Below are positions 48,706 to 60,154 of a stretch of 64,000 bases of DNA, piece after piece (the first letter of the stretch is position 1; every line of letters begins with the position of its first letter). The notes under the pieces were generated by a model. That model was not told the DNA's origin. It was given only the letters and a program-made list of their open reading frames with translations, and made no database searches. Origin of the DNA: an uncultured bacterium (GTDB taxonomy: Bacteria > Acidobacteriota > HRBIN11 > JAKEFK01); contig CAVZQN010000008.1 in the NCBI GenBank assembly GCA_963777505.1, positions 416,001 to 480,000 on the forward strand, written 5' to 3'. Made by a program: the position numbers and the translations under genes.

Positions 48706-49635
48706 TCAGGCCTTAGAGCTTCCGAAAATGTCTTCGTAAGCATATGCGATCGCTCCGGCGCAGATAGGGGCGACAAAGAAAACGCCGACTATACAGGCGA
48801 TTAAACCTGCACAAATTAGCAGACCACAAAGAATATTCAGCCATAAGAATCCGAAAAATGATTTCATTACAGTTTTGCGGCTGAGTTCCATCGCAGGCCA
48901 GAACTTCAGGCCTTTATCGATTATCAAAGGAAAGGTAAACATCCACAGTGCATATAATGCAATCGAAGCAAGGACTCCAATCGCAATACCCAGACAGCCC
49001 AAAACGCCAAAGATTTGGAACAACGATTCTGGAGGATTTCCTGCTGAACTGAATGCGGCCATGATGACAGGAATGAAAAATGGAGCAGCAACGATCATCA
49101 TCAAAAGGACTGGTACAAATGCAGTCACCAATCCTCCGAGTACTAGCTGTCCGGCCTGTCGCTGAAACCCTGCAAAAGCATCCCCTAACTCTGCTTTTCC
49201 CTCTCGGATCCACTTTAAGAAAAACCAGAAAAGTCCACCATAAAGGATTCCGTTCAAAAGGAATCCTCCGGGAATTGAGCCAGATCCGCCGAGTATGACT
49301 GCTATTAACGCAGTCGCAATAAAAATCGGTCCGAAATTATTTTTATAAAGTGCATAACTTCGGCGAATACAATCCATAGCATCTACTGAAACACTTCTGG
49401 TATCGATTACGGATTGAAGAGCTTGAGGATCTGCGGAAATCATTTGCGGCTGCTGTGGAGATGTTTTTGTCAGGTACGAAAACTCCGGAAATGACGAAAA
49501 GACTTTCCAATCACTTTCGCCTTCACGACGGATCATCGTTTTGCTGTCAATTCTCTTTTCTTCAAACCAATTTCGTACAACATCGGACCCGATCGGCCCG
49601 TATTCCTTTCCATCAGACCCAAGTATGTAGAACAT
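48706..49635 (-). CDS. GYF_2/DUF4339 domain membrane protein
   Basis: GSDGKEYGP...REGESDW...FPEF followed by 4-5 TM helices. Confidence 0.85.
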   Translation of the reverse strand: MFYILGSDGKEYGPIGSDVVRNWFEEKRIDSKTMIRREGESDWKVFSSFPEFSYLTKTSPQQPQMISADPQALQSVIDTRSVSVDAMDCIRRSYALYKNNFGPIFIATALIAVILGGSGSIPGGFLLNGILYGGLFWFFLKWIREGKAELGDAFAGFQRQAGQLVLGGLVTAFVPVLLMMIVAAPFFIPVIMAAFSSAGNPPESLFQIFGVLGCLGIAIGVLASIALYALWMFTFPLIIDKGLKFWPAMELSRKTVMKSFFGFLWLNILCGLLICAGLIACIVGVFFVAPICAGAIAYAYEDIFGSSKA

Positions 49636-49717
49636 ATTCGACCTCAACTTCGTCCTGATTCAGCCAGGAGTGAATTCATTATAGCCAATCAGCGCCGAGA
49701 AGAAGCGTCAAGTATTA

Positions 49718-49755
49718 CATGAGTTTTTCTCATTAAAATTATGAAAACAATCAAT
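49718..49755. promoter_or_regulatory. LysR-type T-N11-A boxes upstream of the MBL gene
   Basis: ATGAG-TTTTT-CTCAT and a downstream ATGAAAACAATCAAT. Confidence 0.65.
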
Positions 49756-49807
49756 TGGACTCATATATATGGATGAGAGATTATTGGATTGATGGAGTAA
49801 TGGATTG

Positions 49808-50596
49808 ATGAGAGTAAAACAAATACACAGTGATCTCTACGTTGCGATAGGCGATGCCTATGATTCGAATTGCACAATTCTACTTTCCAAGGGCGAAGCA
49901 TTGCTCATCGATGCAATGGCGCACAAAACCGATGCAGCTTGTCTAAAACAGCTTGTTGAAAGAGAGTTTAATTCCAAAGCAAAATTTATTATTTGCAGTC
50001 ATTTTTTCAGCGATCATCTGGCAGCTTTAAAGTTGTTTCCTGAAAGCGAGATCATTGCTCACAAGAATTACAACCACACGTTCGATCTTGAACGGTTCCG
50101 CTCCACAGAGGAAAAATCTTTTTTTGTAGAACCTACCATTCTCATTTCAGATGAACTATCGCTCCGGTGGGGAAAATATAACTTAAACCTGTTTTACAAT
50201 CCTGCGCACACAATGAGCACGATCAACATCGATATTCCGCAAGCCGATATAATTCATGTCGGCGATACGCTGGTTGGAAATATTGTGTATTTTACATACT
50301 CTTCTCCCACTATGTTTTTTCCCGCTTTAAATCGCATCAAAGAAAGAGGCAGAAAGAATTTGATTTCCAGCCATTTAGAACCACGCTCATCCGATGCAAT
50401 CGATCATGCAGTTTATTATCTAAAATCGTTAAAGGCGAGAGTCATTGATCTCAATCGCAACGAAGAAGATGTCTTAAGAATTGACTTGCAGGATTGTTTA
50501 CCGCCAAAAGTTGAAGCCACACCCTTTGAAACTATTTTTCATAAGCGCAACTTAAAATCTGTTGTTGAACAACAATTATTTGGTGAGACTTCCTGA
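49808..50596 (+). CDS. MBL-fold metallo-hydrolase
   Basis: LLIDA, SHFFSDH, PAHT, GDT and SH. Confidence 0.85.
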   Translation: MRVKQIHSDLYVAIGDAYDSNCTILLSKGEALLIDAMAHKTDAACLKQLVEREFNSKAKFIICSHFFSDHLAALKLFPESEIIAHKNYNHTFDLERFRSTEEKSFFVEPTILISDELSLRWGKYNLNLFYNPAHTMSTINIDIPQADIIHVGDTLVGNIVYFTYSSPTMFFPALNRIKERGRKNLISSHLEPRSSDAIDHAVYYLKSLKARVIDLNRNEEDVLRIDLQDCLPPKVEATPFETIFHKRNLKSVVEQQLFGETS

Positions 50597-51502
50597 ATGC
50601 GTCTTCTTTGCAGGCAGTGATTGATCAGCTAAGAGTTTTATGAACTCCTGAATGTATCGTGGTGCCGGAGGATTCTTAAGAGTGACAGCATGCCAGCTTC
50701 TGAATACACCTTTCTTTGTGAGACGAATTCCGCGAAGACTACGAGCTTTTAGATTCGGTGCTACAGCCCATTTCGCAAGCACACCGATTCCGAGTCCTGC
50801 TTTAACCATCTCCAGAATCGCTTCAGTCAACATGACTTTGTAAATCTTTTTTGGCATGATTCCAGCTGGATTCAGAATCTTTTGAAATACCAGGTTTTCT
50901 TCAAGTGGAACTGAATAAACAATCATCGGGTAATCCGCAAAATCTTGCGGTTTGAGATAGGAAACATTTGCAAGTGGATGTTGCGGCGACACAACTGCAA
51001 GAAGTTCATCTTTGAAGAGTCTGGAATATGTAAGATCTTTATCAGTCGTTTTGGTATATGCAAGCGCCAGATCCAGTTTGCCCTCCAGTAGTGCTTGCAC
51101 CGGTTGATGCGTTGCTTCAACAACAATTTGTACATCTACATCCGGAAAGGTTTTTTGGTAAAGCGAAAGCATTGAAGGCAGCCAGTGATAGCCGGTATTA
51201 CATTGTGTGCTGATTCGAAGACTGCCCTGCTGTCCCGATGCGAGGCGGCGAAGCGTACTTTCGGTTTGAACGAGTTCCTGTAAGACTTTTTCTGCTGAAT
51301 TCAGAAGCTTCTCGCCCGCTTCAGTAAGAACCAGCTTTTTCTTTAACCGAAGATAAAGAGGCGCCTTTAAACGTTCTTCAATTTCCTTCAGTTGATGGCT
51401 CAGGGCTGATTGCGTCAGATGCAAACGCTTGGCAGCTTTTGTCATTCCCCCTTCAAGGGCAATAGCTTGAACGAGTTCCAGATGGCGGATTTCAAGATCC
51501 AT
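50576..51502 (-). CDS. LysR family regulator (MetR-like)
   Basis: LEIRHL...TKAAKRLHLTQSALSHQLKEIE and YHWLP. Confidence 0.92.
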   Translation of the reverse strand: MDLEIRHLELVQAIALEGGMTKAAKRLHLTQSALSHQLKEIEERLKAPLYLRLKKKLVLTEAGEKLLNSAEKVLQELVQTESTLRRLASGQQGSLRISTQCNTGYHWLPSMLSLYQKTFPDVDVQIVVEATHQPVQALLEGKLDLALAYTKTTDKDLTYSRLFKDELLAVVSPQHPLANVSYLKPQDFADYPMIVYSVPLEENLVFQKILNPAGIMPKKIYKVMLTEAILEMVKAGLGIGVLAKWAVAPNLKARSLRGIRLTKKGVFRSWHAVTLKNPPAPRYIQEFIKLLADQSLPAKKTHSGSLTK

Positions 51503-51569
51503 TACATGAGTGTAGCTAATCGATAATGCAATTTCAATTAGTTTCCTAACCGCTAAGACGCAAAGTTTT

Positions 51570-54005
51570 TTATTCGTAGCGCAGGGCGATCATTGGATCC
51601 ACTTTTGTGGCACGAATTGCAGGAATACCCGAGGCCAGCAGAGCTACAAATAACAGTAACATCGCGATCGCTGCATAGGTTAGAGGATCCGTCGGGTTCA
51701 CATTGAACAACAAGCTTGACGCAAGACGTGTAATTCCTGCGGATGCGAGCAATCCTGCAATAGCACCAGTTCCCGCAAGCAGTAAACCCTGACGAAGGAT
51801 CATGCGCAAAACATCCTGTTGTTGAGCACCCAGTGCCATCCGGATTCCAATTTCGTGTGTTCGGCGTGAAGTCACATAAGAAATCACAGCATAGATTCCC
51901 GCAGAAGCAAGACACAGTGCAAGCAGAGCAAAGCATCCAAGCAAGATCATAGAAAAACGCTGCAGCCCAATCGATGTGCCAAGAACTTCATTCAGAGTTG
52001 CGACATCAAATACTGCCTGTTCGGGATCTAATTCAAGAATGGCTTTCCTGATTGCTGAGACATAGGTGGTGGGTTCCTTTTCGGTTCTTGCGACAAGCGT
52101 CATTGAATACGCGCCAAACATCGTGTTAGGAAAGTAAAATTGGTGAGGTGGTATGGTATTTAAACCGTATTGTTTTACATCCTTTACAACGCCGACAACG
52201 GTAAACCATGGCGTATCTTCCTTCGGCCCGGGAAAAAGACGGATGCGGCGCCCTAATGGATTCTGATTTGGCCAGAAATGTTTTACAAATGATTCACTGA
52301 CAATCGCAGACTTCGGAGCCTTTTCAGAATCTTGCTCCGTAAACAATCTGCCTTGAAGAAGTGGAATCCTCATCGCAGTAAAATAGCCGGGTGTAACAAC
52401 ATACATATCCGCTTCAGGTTCATCTTCAGGATTGTGATACTGACCTTCAATTGAAATCGTTCTGCCATCAAAGTTGTCGCTTAACGGTAAAACGGTAGTA
52501 AGACCAGCGGATTGGATTCCTGGAAGATTATTCACGCGCTGCATCACACGGTTGTAAAACGCAATCCGGTTATTATCTTCAGGATATTTAGCGCCTTGAA
52601 GTGCGAGATTCATCGTTATAACGCCTTGAGGATTAAAACCTGGATCGACATTATAGAGATGCAGTACGCTGCGCATAAAAAGGCCTGCGCCAATAAGCAA
52701 AATAATTGCAAGAGCCATTTCAGAAACAACAAGCAGTCCGCGTAATCGATTTTTTTGAATACCCGTTCCAGTGCCCCTTCCACCTTCTTTCAGCGCATCA
52801 TGCAAATTCATACTTTTTATGTGATGCGCTGGTGCAATTGCCAGCAAAAGACAACTCACGATCGTAACTGCTGCAGAAAAAAACAACACTGGAAAACTCA
52901 GTTGAATTTGAAGAAGCTGCGGCAGGACTTTGCCTCCTGCAGTACTTAACCCTTCTACTCCCCACAGCGCGAGCAATAGACCCAATAAACATCCTGCTAT
53001 TGAAAAGAGCAGACATTCGAAGAAAAGTTGCCGGATTAAAGCTGATACAGGAGCGCCAAGTGAAACACGGATTGCCATTTCACGTTCGCGTTCGGTTGTT
53101 CGAGCGAGCAAAAGATTCGCTATGTTTGCACATGCAATCAAAAGAACCAGGCCTGCGGCACCTGCAAGCAGATAGAGTGCAGACTTCAATTTGCCTGCAA
53201 ATTGATCCGGAAATGTAACGAGATTAATTCCACGCGACAGATTGTTTACTGGATAAAGCTTTTCCAGTCTTTTTGCTATGCCACTCATTTCTGATTGAGC
53301 ACTGCCAAGCGTTGTATTTGATTTCAAACGTCCGAATGCAAGCAAATGACGCGATCCACGTGCCTCATTGTCATAGGGTTCAGCAACTGGCCTGTAAATT
53401 TCAACGGATTTCGGAACGAGTCCAAGAGGCAAAGAATGAAAATCGGGAGGCATGACACCGACTACGGTATATTGTCGCGCATTCAATCTGATAACCTTTC
53501 CAATGATTTGGCGATCTCCGGCGAATTGGCGTTTCCAAATTCCGTAACTCAAAATGACAACAAAGTCCTTGCCTTCGATTTGATCTTCGGGTTGAAATGT
53601 ACGGCCCAGAAAAGGTTTGGCTTTCATAATCTTGAAGTAGCCGTCACCGACTTGCAGCGCAGAAACTCGTTCCGTTTCATTTCCACCAGAAAGACTCGGC
53701 CGCCATGATGTGAAGGTCGTTACATCTTCAAATGATTTGTTCTGCGCGCGATAATCTGCGATATCCGTTGCAGAAACTGGATCCTTATTTGTTCCGGCTC
53801 TGCCATTCGCTCCCCAAACAACAACAAGCCGATCGGGTTCAGGATAAGGAAGGCTTTTGATCAATACACCATATAGAACACTGAAGATTGCTGAGTTGGC
53901 TCCAATTCCAAGAGCCAGAATGCCGATTGCAAGAAGAGTAAATGCGGGCGCGCGTAATAACGACCGGAAACTGTAGCGTAAATCTTTCAAGATTTGATCT
54001 GTCAT
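51570..54005 (-). CDS. ABC transporter permease, ADOP type
   Basis: [51 protein letters not shown] and DPMIALRYE. Confidence 0.92.
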   Translation of the reverse strand: MTDQILKDLRYSFRSLLRAPAFTLLAIGILALGIGANSAIFSVLYGVLIKSLPYPEPDRLVVVWGANGRAGTNKDPVSATDIADYRAQNKSFEDVTTFTSWRPSLSGGNETERVSALQVGDGYFKIMKAKPFLGRTFQPEDQIEGKDFVVILSYGIWKRQFAGDRQIIGKVIRLNARQYTVVGVMPPDFHSLPLGLVPKSVEIYRPVAEPYDNEARGSRHLLAFGRLKSNTTLGSAQSEMSGIAKRLEKLYPVNNLSRGINLVTFPDQFAGKLKSALYLLAGAAGLVLLIACANIANLLLARTTEREREMAIRVSLGAPVSALIRQLFFECLLFSIAGCLLGLLLALWGVEGLSTAGGKVLPQLLQIQLSFPVLFFSAAVTIVSCLLLAIAPAHHIKSMNLHDALKEGGRGTGTGIQKNRLRGLLVVSEMALAIILLIGAGLFMRSVLHLYNVDPGFNPQGVITMNLALQGAKYPEDNNRIAFYNRVMQRVNNLPGIQSAGLTTVLPLSDNFDGRTISIEGQYHNPEDEPEADMYVVTPGYFTAMRIPLLQGRLFTEQDSEKAPKSAIVSESFVKHFWPNQNPLGRRIRLFPGPKEDTPWFTVVGVVKDVKQYGLNTIPPHQFYFPNTMFGAYSMTLVARTEKEPTTYVSAIRKAILELDPEQAVFDVATLNEVLGTSIGLQRFSMILLGCFALLALCLASAGIYAVISYVTSRRTHEIGIRMALGAQQQDVLRMILRQGLLLAGTGAIAGLLASAGITRLASSLLFNVNPTDPLTYAAIAMLLLFVALLASGIPAIRATKVDPMIALRYE

Positions 54006-54164
54006 GCTCTCCTCATCAGACCCATTTGAAGTAAAAATGGTTGGTCTTGAGTAAGCTTCTGCACATCTCGTGCCTGAACATGTCTCGAGATGAGAGAATA
54101 AGCAGGTAGATAAAGTTGACCGGTTGCGGGACACCCTCGTTCACAACCGGACATCGGATAAGGC

Positions 54165-55395
54165 TTATTTCATGGCATACAAAGTCAATGATTTCTGGTC
54201 TTTGATCACGATTTCGTTATCAGCAACAGCCGGATGCGCCCAGGTCGGACTCTTTGCAACAGTATACTTTTTCAAAACCTCATACTTTTTTTCAGTAGCA
54301 TTCGCAATTGTTAAGTCTGCATTGTTGCTTAGAAAAAGAATTTGAGGTCCTGCATTGATAATTGAAGCATTATCACCTTCTGCTCCATTACTTGTCCATT
54401 GAGTTTGTCCGGTACGCGCATCGAGACAAAAATATTGACCTTTTCTGTAATGTGACATGCCGTAAAGAAAATCGCCAACGAGCACTGGAGAACTCATATA
54501 CATGGATGCTTTTTCATTTTGCCAAACAGTTTCTGGTACGAACTTGCCTTCTTTTTTTGCAACACGGACTGCAAAGGCACCCTTATCGATTCCTGAAAAA
54601 ATCAAAAGGTCCTTATACAAAACTGGAGTAACAATGTTCTGTTCGTAGTCTGTTGTAAAAGGAAGCTTCCACAAAAGTTCGCCATTCGATTCAGCAATTC
54701 CTACGATATTTTTTTGTGTTTGTGTAACAACCTGACGAGTACCATTGAGGTTAACAATAATCGGTGATGAATATCCTGCGCCATCGTCTGTCCAGCGCCA
54801 TTTCACATCACCTTTGACAGCATCCATTGCGAACAGTGCACCTTTACCAGGGCCACCCGCGTGAACAATCAGCAACCCTTGATCAACGATCGGCGACATC
54901 GCATTTCCAAAATCAGGTGAAGTTACAGGGAACTCTTTTTTGAAATCGTTACGCCATACAGAGCTTTCCTGCTGACGCGTCATAGCAGGAAAGTACACCG
55001 CTGATTCCAAGCGTATACAACTTTCCATTCGCAACAACAGGAGTTGATTTAGGACCTTTTCCATGAGGAATTGCTGCAGGATTCATCTCATAAGGCGCAT
55101 CATAAGAATCTTTCCAGATCAATTTCCCGGTTGCCATGTCGTAAGCAGCGACCACTTCCTGCTCAGCTACACGTGAGATCAAAAAAACTTTGGTTCCGGA
55201 AATCACAGGAGAGGAATGACCAATTCCAACTTCCACGTTCCAAACTTGTTTGAGCTGATCCGGAAGTTTTTCAGGCACTTTAAACGTTGAAAAAGAACCA
55301 TCTCGATTTGGACCTCTCCACTGATTCCAATCAGCTGCTCCAGCAATGTCCGAAAGGCACATTAAAAGAATGAAAACGAAGATGGCAAGCTTCAT
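54165..55395 (-). CDS. PQQ-like beta-propeller (BamB-like) exported protein, frameshift near 54960
   Basis: Signal peptide, DWNQWRGPNRDG, HSSP, GPKSTP, GYSSP and TWAHP. Confidence 0.85.
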
Positions 55396-55502
55396 TGTTC
55401 CTCCATGGATAAGACAATTCTGCACGTTTCGGCCGGCCTTTTTTAGAAATCCCGCCAACTTTACAACCCCATCAGAAAAAGCTACATTAGTGATTCTATT
55501 TC

Positions 55503-55589
55503 GGAGGGATGGCCGAGTGGCTTAAGGCGGCGGTCTTGAAAACCGCTGGGGGTGCAAGCTCCCCGTGGGTTCAAATCCTACTCCCTCCG
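55503..55589 (+). tRNA. tRNA-Ser(TGA)
   Basis: GGAGGGATGGCCGAGTGG...GCGGT-CTTGAAA-ACCGC, a long variable arm, then GGTTCAAATCC. No CCA is encoded. Confidence 0.95.
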
Positions 55590-55638
55590 CTCATCATATT
55601 AACCTTTGCCTTCATTATTAATTCTCCAACGCTGAGCT

Positions 55639-56601
55639 CTACTCCTTCGCCTCAATTGCTTTCTCACGAATGACCTCGCGCGGATGTTTATCTTCACGAA
55701 GTCCTAAAAAGCTTGGATGGCGCAATTTGTTGTCCGGAGTCCATTCCATAAATGCGATTTGTGCCACCAGTTTTGGTTTCACCCAGTGAACATTTTTTTT
55801 AGGAAGCCCGATCCCTTTTACAAGTGGAGTTGGCCGCTCAATCGAAGATAACGTTTTGTTGAGCATTTGAAGAGTTTGAGTTGTAAAGCCAGTTCCAACT
55901 TTGCCCGCATAGATCAATTCATTATCTGAATAATATCCAACCAACAATGCACCGAAAGCTTCGCGCACACCTTGTGGATCTGTATAGCCAACGATTACAA
56001 ATTCTTGCTGAAGCGTACATTTGAATTTCAGCCAGTCCCTTGAGCGTCCCGATACGTAGACACCCTCCGCGCGTTTTGCAATGATTCCTTCCCAATTCTT
56101 ACGGCACGCTTCTTCGAAGTATGCTTCACCTTTTCCAACTCTGTGATTCGTAAAACGGATCCGGTTATCATAGTTCAGAGCTTTACGAAGCATTTTCTTT
56201 CTCTCGATCAATGGAACTTGTCTGACATCATAGCCATCCAAATAAAGCAGATCAAAAACGAAATAATAAATAGACATTCTGCGTTGCGTGCGTTGCTGCA
56301 ATTTTGAAAAGCTGCTCAAACCCTTTTCCACCGCGGCGATTTCACCATCGATGATGAAGTTTGACGAAGGCTGCTTCAACAGACGATTTACAATGTCAGG
56401 ATAGGCTTTGTCGAAAGAGAGTTTATTGCGTGAGAGTAAACGAATGTTATTTCCTTTACGGAAGGCAAGAGCTCTAACACCGTCGTACTTCTTTTCAAAA
56501 ATCCAATTCTTGTCTGAAAATCGCTGATCTGTGAGCGTTGCAAGCATCGGGTCGGTCCAGGATGGCTGAGGCCTTCGGATTAGCAAGCTCCTCGAATTCA
56601 T
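55639..56601 (-). CDS. ligD: ATP-dependent DNA ligase, stand-alone LigD-type ligase domain
   Basis: PMLATL, EKKYDGVR, DGEI, FDLL, EGIIAK, WLKFK, GKVGTGF and LRHPSFLGLREDK. The start is uncertain. Confidence 0.85.
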   Translation of the reverse strand: MNSRSLLIRRPQPSWTDPMLATLTDQRFSDKNWIFEKKYDGVRALAFRKGNNIRLLSRNKLSFDKAYPDIVNRLLKQPSSNFIIDGEIAAVEKGLSSFSKLQQRTQRRMSIYYFVFDLLYLDGYDVRQVPLIERKKMLRKALNYDNRIRFTNHRVGKGEAYFEEACRKNWEGIIAKRAEGVYVSGRSRDWLKFKCTLQQEFVIVGYTDPQGVREAFGALLVGYYSDNELIYAGKVGTGFTTQTLQMLNKTLSSIERPTPLVKGIGLPKKNVHWVKPKLVAQIAFMEWTPDNKLRHPSFLGLREDKHPREVIREKAIEAKE

Positions 56602-56702
56602 AACCCAATGTCGCACGATATTTGTAGTATTTTGAATGACTTCAAAAGAAACCGATGCCCATGTTACACTAACCATGATTTCACGCAAGGGAGACTCGAA
56701 CC

Positions 56703-57470
56703 ATGAAACATGTTTTTCGCTTTGCGGTGCTTTGCATCCTTACTTCTATAGGCTGTGATGACAATTCGACAACAAGTAATTCAGCCAAAAAATCTTCGGC
56801 TGGTACACCCGAAATAACATCCGGCTCCTCATCCGAAACTGTATCTTCCCCGGCGGCAATTCCGGTTGCGAAATTTTCGATTACTCCGCGCAAAGGGACA
56901 TTGACTACCGATTTTGAATTCGATGCTTCGAATAGTGAGGGGACAATCACTTCCTATAAATGGGATTTTGGCGATGGTACGACAGCAAATGGAAAGACGA
57001 CAGAGCATCGGTTTCAAGACAAAGGACGCTTTCCTGTTAAATTAACCGTAAAGAACGGTTCGGGTTCCAATTCTTTAACGAGAAATGTTCGCGTGAAAGA
57101 GAAAATAGGTGGCGGTGGTGGTGGTGACGGCACAAAATGCCAATATACAAATCCGCCCCGTGACGTTTGGTTTTTTAAAGTAATCTCAAACGATCCGGTT
57201 GCAAGGACAATTATTGCGGAATTCCAACAGCCTGTCGGATGCGACGACGTATTTTATTTATGTGGTGATGTACGCATTGGAGGCATCGAACCCGGAGAAC
57301 GCGAATTCTGGATCGGAACTATATGCGAAATGTGGAGCCTTGGTAACAATCGATTCAGAATTCATTTAGTTGACGGACGTTACTGGGTAGAGAATGGTGA
57401 GTCCGGAACGTATGTCTGGCCGCAATATGATTGCAATCCTAGCGTGGCGTGCGACAATTTTGGGTATTAG
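56703..57470 (+). CDS. PKD-domain lipoprotein
   Basis: Lipobox-like SIGC, FDAS.S...YKWDFGDG, a Gly linker and a Cys-containing C-terminal domain. Confidence 0.8.
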   Translation: MKHVFRFAVLCILTSIGCDDNSTTSNSAKKSSAGTPEITSGSSSETVSSPAAIPVAKFSITPRKGTLTTDFEFDASNSEGTITSYKWDFGDGTTANGKTTEHRFQDKGRFPVKLTVKNGSGSNSLTRNVRVKEKIGGGGGGDGTKCQYTNPPRDVWFFKVISNDPVARTIIAEFQQPVGCDDVFYLCGDVRIGGIEPGEREFWIGTICEMWSLGNNRFRIHLVDGRYWVENGESGTYVWPQYDCNPSVACDNFGY

Positions 57471-58435
57471 TTAGATACTGGCTTAGTCTGAGTTTGCGGC
57501 TGTTTCTTTACGCCGGGTTTCTGTTTTGGATGGTTCGCAAAGAACTCCCAAATCGCATCCGTTGCGGAAATTTCCTTCGTAGGCTCATCCGCCCAGAAAG
57601 CCCACTTTACACTTCCAGGCCATGTATGCCCTTCATCTTGAATTGTAATTACGCTTACACCTGAGCCATTTGTGCATCCCTCATAGGATTCCCGCGTTAT
57701 TTTTCCGCGACTCTCTTTTTTTGGTGCCTGCAAACATCGATTATGTGTGGTCCAAAATGCAACGGCATCCTTTACAGAAGTATCAGTTCTCTCATGTCTA
57801 TCCACCTGACGCTTTGGAATTCCACCATTGTAAAGTACATGCTGATCATCAGTTCCATGAAAGATAATAACGGATACCGGATGGGCTGGAGTGCAAGGCT
57901 GATAATTGAACGCTCCGGCAACAGGTCCAATTGCTGCTATCTTGTCTGATAATTCGCAGGCTACACGGTATGACATCATCGCTCCATTCGATAGCCCTGT
58001 AACAAACACTTTTGAATCATCTATTTTCATTTCTGTTTGAATTGCTTCAATTAAACGACGAATAAAATCTGTATCATCTGAATTATCATCCTGAGCATAT
58101 CCGCAACAATTTCCGCTGTTCCATGTAAGAAAACGGCTTTCAAACCGGCCGGTGCCTGCCGGATAAACCACGATAAACTTTTCGGCATCAGCCTTCTTAT
58201 TAAAATTTGTAATTCTGGCCATCCCTTCCGGTGCCCCTCCGCCCCCATGAAGAACAATCACTAGCGGAAGTGCCTCAAGGTTGTTGTAGTTTGCAGGTGT
58301 ATGGATCAGATATTTTCTGGTCTTACCTGCATACTGGAGTGTTTTTTCCTGTCCAAAATTATTTTGCGATCGAACATCTGCAAGAATAAAAATTGAAAGA
58401 GTTGTGAGCAGGATTGCAATTCTTAATTGGGTCAT
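57467..58435 (-). CDS. PHB depolymerase/LpqC family esterase
   Basis: Signal peptide, LHGGGG, WNSGNCC, GLSNG, HGTDD and GHTWPG. Confidence 0.9.
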   Translation of the reverse strand: MTQLRIAILLTTLSIFILADVRSQNNFGQEKTLQYAGKTRKYLIHTPANYNNLEALPLVIVLHGGGGAPEGMARITNFNKKADAEKFIVVYPAGTGRFESRFLTWNSGNCCGYAQDDNSDDTDFIRRLIEAIQTEMKIDDSKVFVTGLSNGAMMSYRVACELSDKIAAIGPVAGAFNYQPCTPAHPVSVIIFHGTDDQHVLYNGGIPKRQVDRHERTDTSVKDAVAFWTTHNRCLQAPKKESRGKITRESYEGCTNGSGVSVITIQDEGHTWPGSVKWAFWADEPTKEISATDAIWEFFANHPKQKPGVKKQPQTQTKPVSN

Positions 58436-58489
58436 CTTTGGACCATATATAGTATGACCCAAAATAATTACAGAAGTTACACCTAAAGC

Positions 58490-59137
58490 TTATGCAAAGA
58501 GGTCATTCGCAAGGGCATAGCGAACAAGCTCTGCTTCATTTCGAAATCCTAATTTATCTACGAGACGGCTCCGGTAGGTTTTAACTGTGTTTGGGCTTAG
58601 TCCCAGTGATTCTGAAATCTCGACAGTGCTTCTGCCCTTTGCTAGATGTATCAACACTTCTTTTTCACGGCTGGACAATGATCGCTGTGAGTACTTTCCT
58701 TTTGAAAGCAAACTTTGGTATTGCTCTTTCCAGTCATCTTCACCATAAATCTGCCCTAAGTTAACGTGCCGAATCGCACGAAAGAGCTGCTCAGGCTCAC
58801 AATCTTTTTGAATGAATCCCTGGGCTCCTGCAGAAAAGCACTGTGCTGCATATTGTGTCCCGGAATGAACAGTCAGGACAATGATGCGGGGTTTTTCCGG
58901 AAACTTTTTTCTTACATCAGAAAGAATTTCCAACGAACTGCGTTCACGAAACGCCAGATCCAACAGTAATATGTCAACCGGAAGCGATCGGGACAACGTT
59001 ACTATGACTTGATCGAGTTCACCAGTTTCGGCAACCAGTTCTAGATCTGGCGCGCGCAAAAAGACTTGCTTTAATCCTTCCCGGATTAATACATGATCGT
59101 CTGCAATCATAATGCGGATCTGTTTCTTTTCGGCCAT
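58490..59137 (-). CDS. NarL/LuxR family response regulator
   Basis: IADDH, LLD, LSSREKEVL and TVKTYRSRL. Confidence 0.92.
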   Translation of the reverse strand: MAEKKQIRIMIADDHVLIREGLKQVFLRAPDLELVAETGELDQVIVTLSRSLPVDILLLDLAFRERSSLEILSDVRKKFPEKPRIIVLTVHSGTQYAAQCFSAGAQGFIQKDCEPEQLFRAIRHVNLGQIYGEDDWKEQYQSLLSKGKYSQRSLSSREKEVLIHLAKGRSTVEISESLGLSPNTVKTYRSRLVDKLGFRNEAELVRYALANDLFA

Positions 59138-59203
59138 AACATAAAACGTGATGATCTAGCTTCGGTTATCGATTTTTAGATGCTACGAAGTTAACCAATC
59201 GGA

Positions 59204-59830
59204 TCAAATATTTTTTGTCGTTGTAAGCTTTTCCCAGAATTGATCCACTTCGCGTTCAGCATCTATTCGCTGCATTGAATAACGTTCCTGCAAACGCTGA
59301 ATCAAATTTTCACGATCCCCAAAGACTCCTTCAAGATCATCTTCAATTAGACGACCCCACCGATTTCTTAAGGCGGTTTTAAATTCACGCCAGCTTTGCG
59401 GGTATGAGGGCTTGGAAATATCAGCTACAACCTGGCCTGTTTTTTCAGGATCTTTTAATCGCAGAGCAATATCGCTTTGAGATACAACTCCGACGATTCC
59501 ATTATCATCAGCGATGACTGGAATTCTGCGTATTTGATGAGACTTCATCGAATCAAGAACTTCTTCGAGATTGTCTGCTTCACAACATGTAATCACATTG
59601 CGGGTCATGACTTCTTCTACTTTTGTTTTTCGTGGTTGAAGTCCTTGACCAACAACTAGCAACGCTAAATCTCTATCTGTTACAACACCAAGCAAATGGG
59701 GCGATCGTTCATCATCGACTACTGGAATCATTCCAACATCCTGTATTCTCATGAGCCGTGCAGCAATATCAACAGTATCTTGTGGTAAACAACATGCTGG
59801 GTCGGGAGTCATGACTTGGCTTACTTTCAT
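59204..59830 (-). CDS. CBS-pair protein with a C-terminal CsbD/YjbJ-like domain
   Basis: GVVTDRD and QIRRIPV, then WREFK...WGRLIEDDL...GDRENLIQRLQERY...AEREVDQF. Confidence 0.85.
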   Translation of the reverse strand: MKVSQVMTPDPACCLPQDTVDIAARLMRIQDVGMIPVVDDERSPHLLGVVTDRDLALLVVGQGLQPRKTKVEEVMTRNVITCCEADNLEEVLDSMKSHQIRRIPVIADDNGIVGVVSQSDIALRLKDPEKTGQVVADISKPSYPQSWREFKTALRNRWGRLIEDDLEGVFGDRENLIQRLQERYSMQRIDAEREVDQFWEKLTTTKNI

Positions 59831-60154
59831 AAAACCTCCAAATAATTTCTTTCCTGAATTGAACTTAGGGCTCACGCCTCATTCCACCACCACAGATTTC
59901 ATTTGTTCTCTGTAGCCATCAAGCGACACACCACTTTATTTGTCATTTGAATGTTCGCTTAATCTTCGTCACATGCTTTGTAGAACGTTGTGCTACAGAA
60001 ATGAAATATTTTCCCGACTTTAGAACGACATGATCTGCGATACTGCCAAAACTTATTGAACCGTACCTTAACAAATGATCATTTGATCATTGCTTTACTG
60101 GCTAGACTGCCACTCGCAGTCGAAGCAAGGATCTTAAAAATTGGAGGATCAATA

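Noticed and set aside
55503-55589. tRNA with a TGA anticodon as a suppressor or selenocysteine tRNA
   Set aside because: Anticodon TGA reads UCA (Ser). tRNA-Sec has a TCA anticodon.
55639-56601. Complete NHEJ system
   Set aside because: Only the ligase domain is present, with no Ku, polymerase or phosphoesterase in the window.
55590-57470. Integrated element at tRNA-Ser(TGA) or tRNA-Ser(GCT)
   Set aside because: I saw no integrase and no duplicated tRNA 3' end.
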